A stretch of 64,000 nucleotides of DNA from Nitrospirales bacterium (GTDB lineage Bacteria > Nitrospirota > Nitrospiria > Nitrospirales > UBA8639). The position numbers were made by a program, and so were the translations under genes. The notes under the pieces are model-generated. The model ran no database searches and was not told the DNA's origin. It was given only the letters and a program-made list of their open reading frames with translations. Positions 61,127 through 64,000 of the stretch are shown in pieces. The stretch spans positions 1,664,001-1,728,000 of the forward strand of contig OY729426.1 of assembly GCA_963422365.1 (NCBI GenBank), given 5' to 3'. How positions within the stretch are numbered: position 1 is the first letter of the stretch; the number at the start of each line of letters is the position of its first letter.

Positions 61127-62527
61127 TCAGGAGATGTATTCCTCCTCCACTGCGGTGAGTGCGTCGTTGATTCGCTCCATTGATTTGCGGAATTCTATCA
61201 GGCATTCGACGACACTGAGGCCTCTTTCCTCCACAATGGAGTTCGGATTCTTCACGTCCAGATCAAGCCCGGTCTTTAAGTCTTTCACCTTCACCCGCCA
61301 CGCCACGTCGTTTTCCTGCCGCTTATTCCACCACGCAATCAAGGGCGCGAACTCATCGAACCGGATGGGTTTGGTTTTGGAGTAGCTTTTCTGGCCCTCC
61401 GGCAGCCGGTGCTCGTAATACCAGATTTCTTTGGTCGACACCGTGGCTGGATGGAAGGTGGACTGTGGCAGGCGAACGATGGTGTGGAGATTGCAGTCGA
61501 TCAGGAGCTTTTCGCGGAGGCGCTCTTTGTACCCGTCTCCCGTAATGGAGCCGTCGGGGAGCACGATGGCACAGCGGCCACCGGGCTTGAGAAGCCGGAT
61601 CATCAGGATGATGAACAGGTCGGCGGATTCCCGGCAACGGAAGGCTTGCGGAAAGTTCGTCTCCACTCCTTCGGCGATGCTGGCGCCGAATGGTGGATTG
61701 GCCAGGATGACGTCCACTTGCTGCTTCGGACCAATGGCGTTGTATTCGGTCTTGAGACTGTCGCGATAGTGCCAGTCCGGTACGTTGAGGTCGTGGAGGA
61801 TGAGATTGGTGAGGCCAAGGACATAGGCGACGGGTTTCAACTCCCAGCCGGAGATGGATTGCTGCAGGACGGCCTCGTCGTCGAGAGTACGGACGTCGTT
61901 CTCGCGCACGTCGTCAATGACCGCGGTCAGGAACCCGCCGGTGCCGGCGGCAGGATCGAGGACTTTTTCCCCAAGCGTGGGTGCGGTCATCCGCGTCATG
62001 AGTCGGGTGATGGCGCGTGGCGTATAGTATTCTCCCTTGTTCCCTGTGTCGCGCAATTCGGTGAGGATGGACTCATAGACGGTGCCGAAGATGTGGCGAT
62101 CAGTGGATTTGTTGAAGTCGAACCCGTTGAGTTGGTTGATGACTTTGCGCATCTCGAAGCCGGACTTCATGTAGTTGTTTGAGCCGTCGAAGACCTCGCG
62201 CACGAGGGCGGCACGCTGTGGCTCGTGAACAGCCTTGAGTTCCTTCAAGGCGGCGAAGAGTCCGTCCGCTGGGTGGTCAATGAAGAGGATCAGTTCCTCG
62301 CCGGTCATGCCCTCGGGGTTCGCGGCCCAGTTACGCCAGCGGAATTTTTCAGGGATGACGGAACGGTAGCTGTCGCGGATGAGTTCGAGTTCCTGGTCTT
62401 TTTCGTCCAGGATTTTCAGAAACAACATCCAGCCGAGCTGTTCGAGGCGCTGGGCGTCGCCGGAGACGCCGCGATCCTGGCGCATGATGTTACGGACGTT
62501 TTTGATGATGGACGAGATCGTTGACAC
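61127..62527 (-). CDS. hsdM: Type I R-M methyltransferase subunit with an apparent short in-frame deletion
   Basis: GEYYTPR, LDPAAGTGGFL and ANPPFG motifs; the usual NxLFF strand after motif VIII is missing. Confidence 0.92.
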   Translation of the reverse strand: MSTISSIIKNVRNIMRQDRGVSGDAQRLEQLGWMLFLKILDEKDQELELIRDSYRSVIPEKFRWRNWAANPEGMTGEELILFIDHPADGLFAALKELKAVHEPQRAALVREVFDGSNNYMKSGFEMRKVINQLNGFDFNKSTDRHIFGTVYESILTELRDTGNKGEYYTPRAITRLMTRMTAPTLGEKVLDPAAGTGGFLTAVIDDVRENDVRTLDDEAVLQQSISGWELKPVAYVLGLTNLILHDLNVPDWHYRDSLKTEYNAIGPKQQVDVILANPPFGASIAEGVETNFPQAFRCRESADLFIILMIRLLKPGGRCAIVLPDGSITGDGYKERLREKLLIDCNLHTIVRLPQSTFHPATVSTKEIWYYEHRLPEGQKSYSKTKPIRFDEFAPLIAWWNKRQENDVAWRVKVKDLKTGLDLDVKNPNSIVEERGLSVVECLIEFRKSMERINDALTAVEEEYIS

Positions 62528-62539
62528 GATGCGCTTTCG

Positions 62540-64000
62540 TTAGGCGGCTTTGTAGAGGTGCGTGGTGAGTTCGTGAATGGCTTGATCGTAGGCCGGTTTG
62601 CCGCCGAAGGCACGGATGATCTCCGGCGCGGTGCCGAGGTGCTTGATAGGGTCCAGCGTGATGATGGCTGGGTTCTCCAGGTCGAGCGGGCCGGCATCGG
62701 CATACTTGTCGAGAAGGCTATCCATGACCTGCCGCGCAAGATCGCCGTATTTCGTGAAGTAGTTGCGCTTGCGCACGTTTTCGGCGCGCTCTCGGCGGGT
62801 GAGCGGTTTCTGATCGTAGGCGATATGGCAGATCAGATCGAACGGGTCGAAGGCCGCGCCAACGTCATCTTGCAATGCGGCGAAGATGACGCCGTGATTC
62901 TCGAGCTCTTCGACGACGACGTGCTTCTTGTCGGCCTGTTTCCATGAGTTGAGGAAGGAATCGAGTGAGGCGTAGGTGGCGCGGACGTTCCTGCGGGTGT
63001 AGTCGCGCAGGTTCTCGGTGATGATTTTTCCGTCAGCGCCCAGGTATTGAACACGTTCCTTGATGATCGTAACCTCGACGCCGTTCACGATCACTTTGCG
63101 CCCGGTCTGATAGCCGCCAGGGTCTTCACGTATATGCAAACCACCTGCCGTTGCAGGGTCTGGAAAATCAATCGTTTCTCCGCTCAGAGCGCCCAATATC
63201 GATGTCTCATCAGCTTCATTGTCTGCATCTGAAATATCATCATATTGGGCGACTTCCTTGACGCGAACAGGGGTACCGTCAAAGTCTTTGTCGGCGAACA
63301 GCGCGGTGACGTTACGGAAATCCATGACGGTGAAGTAGTGCTTGCCGAAGTCTTTGTTAATTCTGGTGCCGCGACCAATAATTTGCTTGAACTCGGTCAT
63401 GGAGCCGATATTTGAGTCGAGGACGATGAGCTTACAGGTCTGGGTATCCACGCCGGTGGTCATCAGTTTCGAGGTGGTGGCGATAACCGGACAGCGTTCA
63501 GTAGGGTTCATGAAGGAATCAAGGTGACGCTTGCCCTCCTCGTTGTCTCCGGTGATCTGCATCACGTATTTGCTGTTTTCTGAGACAAGATCGGCGTTCG
63601 CATTAGCCAGTTCCTTGCGCATTCCTGCGGCGTGTTCGATGTCGACGCAGAAGACGATCGTCTTGGCAAAGCGATCGCTGCCTTTGAGAAACTCCGTCAT
63701 TTTTTGTGCCACGAGACGGCGACGCTCTTCAACGACAAGATGTTTGTCGAAGTCGATGCGATTGTAGATGCGGTCTTCTACGATATTGCCGTCTTTGTCC
63801 TGGAATCCTTTTGGTGGCCGCCAACCTTCGGCGTCGATGTCTAAAGTAACTTTGATAACCTTGTAGGGGGCAAGAAAGCCATCGTTAATGCCCTGCTTGA
63901 GAGAGTAGGTATAGAGCGGGTCGCCGAAATATTCGGAACTGGAAACCTCTTTGGTTTCCTTGGGGGTGGCGGTGAGACCAATGTGCGTGGCGCTGTTGAA
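62540..64000 (-). CDS. hsdR: Type I R-M restriction subunit (EcoAI/EcoEI-like); 5' part lies outside the window
   Basis: Frame open to the window edge; GLTATP, KTIVFC, TTGVD, FKQIIGRGTR and an EcoEI-type C-terminus (DPFDLICHIAYDQKPLTRRERA). Confidence 0.95.
   Translation of the reverse strand, partial: FNSATHIGLTATPKETKEVSSSEYFGDPLYTYSLKQGINDGFLAPYKVIKVTLDIDAEGWRPPKGFQDKDGNIVEDRIYNRIDFDKHLVVEERRRLVAQKMTEFLKGSDRFAKTIVFCVDIEHAAGMRKELANANADLVSENSKYVMQITGDNEEGKRHLDSFMNPTERCPVIATTSKLMTTGVDTQTCKLIVLDSNIGSMTEFKQIIGRGTRINKDFGKHYFTVMDFRNVTALFADKDFDGTPVRVKEVAQYDDISDADNEADETSILGALSGETIDFPDPATAGGLHIREDPGGYQTGRKVIVNGVEVTIIKERVQYLGADGKIITENLRDYTRRNVRATYASLDSFLNSWKQADKKHVVVEELENHGVIFAALQDDVGAAFDPFDLICHIAYDQKPLTRRERAENVRKRNYFTKYGDLARQVMDSLLDKYADAGPLDLENPAIITLDPIKHLGTAPEIIRAFGGKPAYDQAIHELTTHLYKAA

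Overview
Bacterial chromosome segment. The gene content (glyQ-glyS-ppdK-ribD, soxC with a cytochrome c partner, Aas-type fusion, DUF5069) suggests a Nitrospirales-like organism. An FN3/Calx-beta autotransporter and many pseudogenes hint at a host-associated lifestyle; both of these points are inference. Housekeeping genes are intact, and three accessory regions are interspersed among them. (1) A GC-rich island (~1960-9650) carries a 1.8-kaa autotransporter with a C19-T-C12 tract in its 5' coding region, a decayed phage Mu gpF-like gene with a C-terminal PBECR2-type nuclease domain, a cas2 3' fragment, an AT-rich leader and a single CRISPR repeat. (2) A type II R-M pair and mcrBC remnants lie on either side of tRNA-Arg(CCT). 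(3) A type I R-M operon is followed by a large HEPN-like gene and a DUF4160/DUF2442 toxin-antitoxin pair. Almost every defence locus has a disabling lesion. The most intriguing unexplained signal is a 75-nt tRNA-like four-way-junction RNA (8215-8289) with a candidate promoter, abutting the stop codon of the PBECR2 nuclease gene. It may be a tRNA-mimic RNA partner or antitoxin. Family assignments come from motif recognition by eye, not from database searches.
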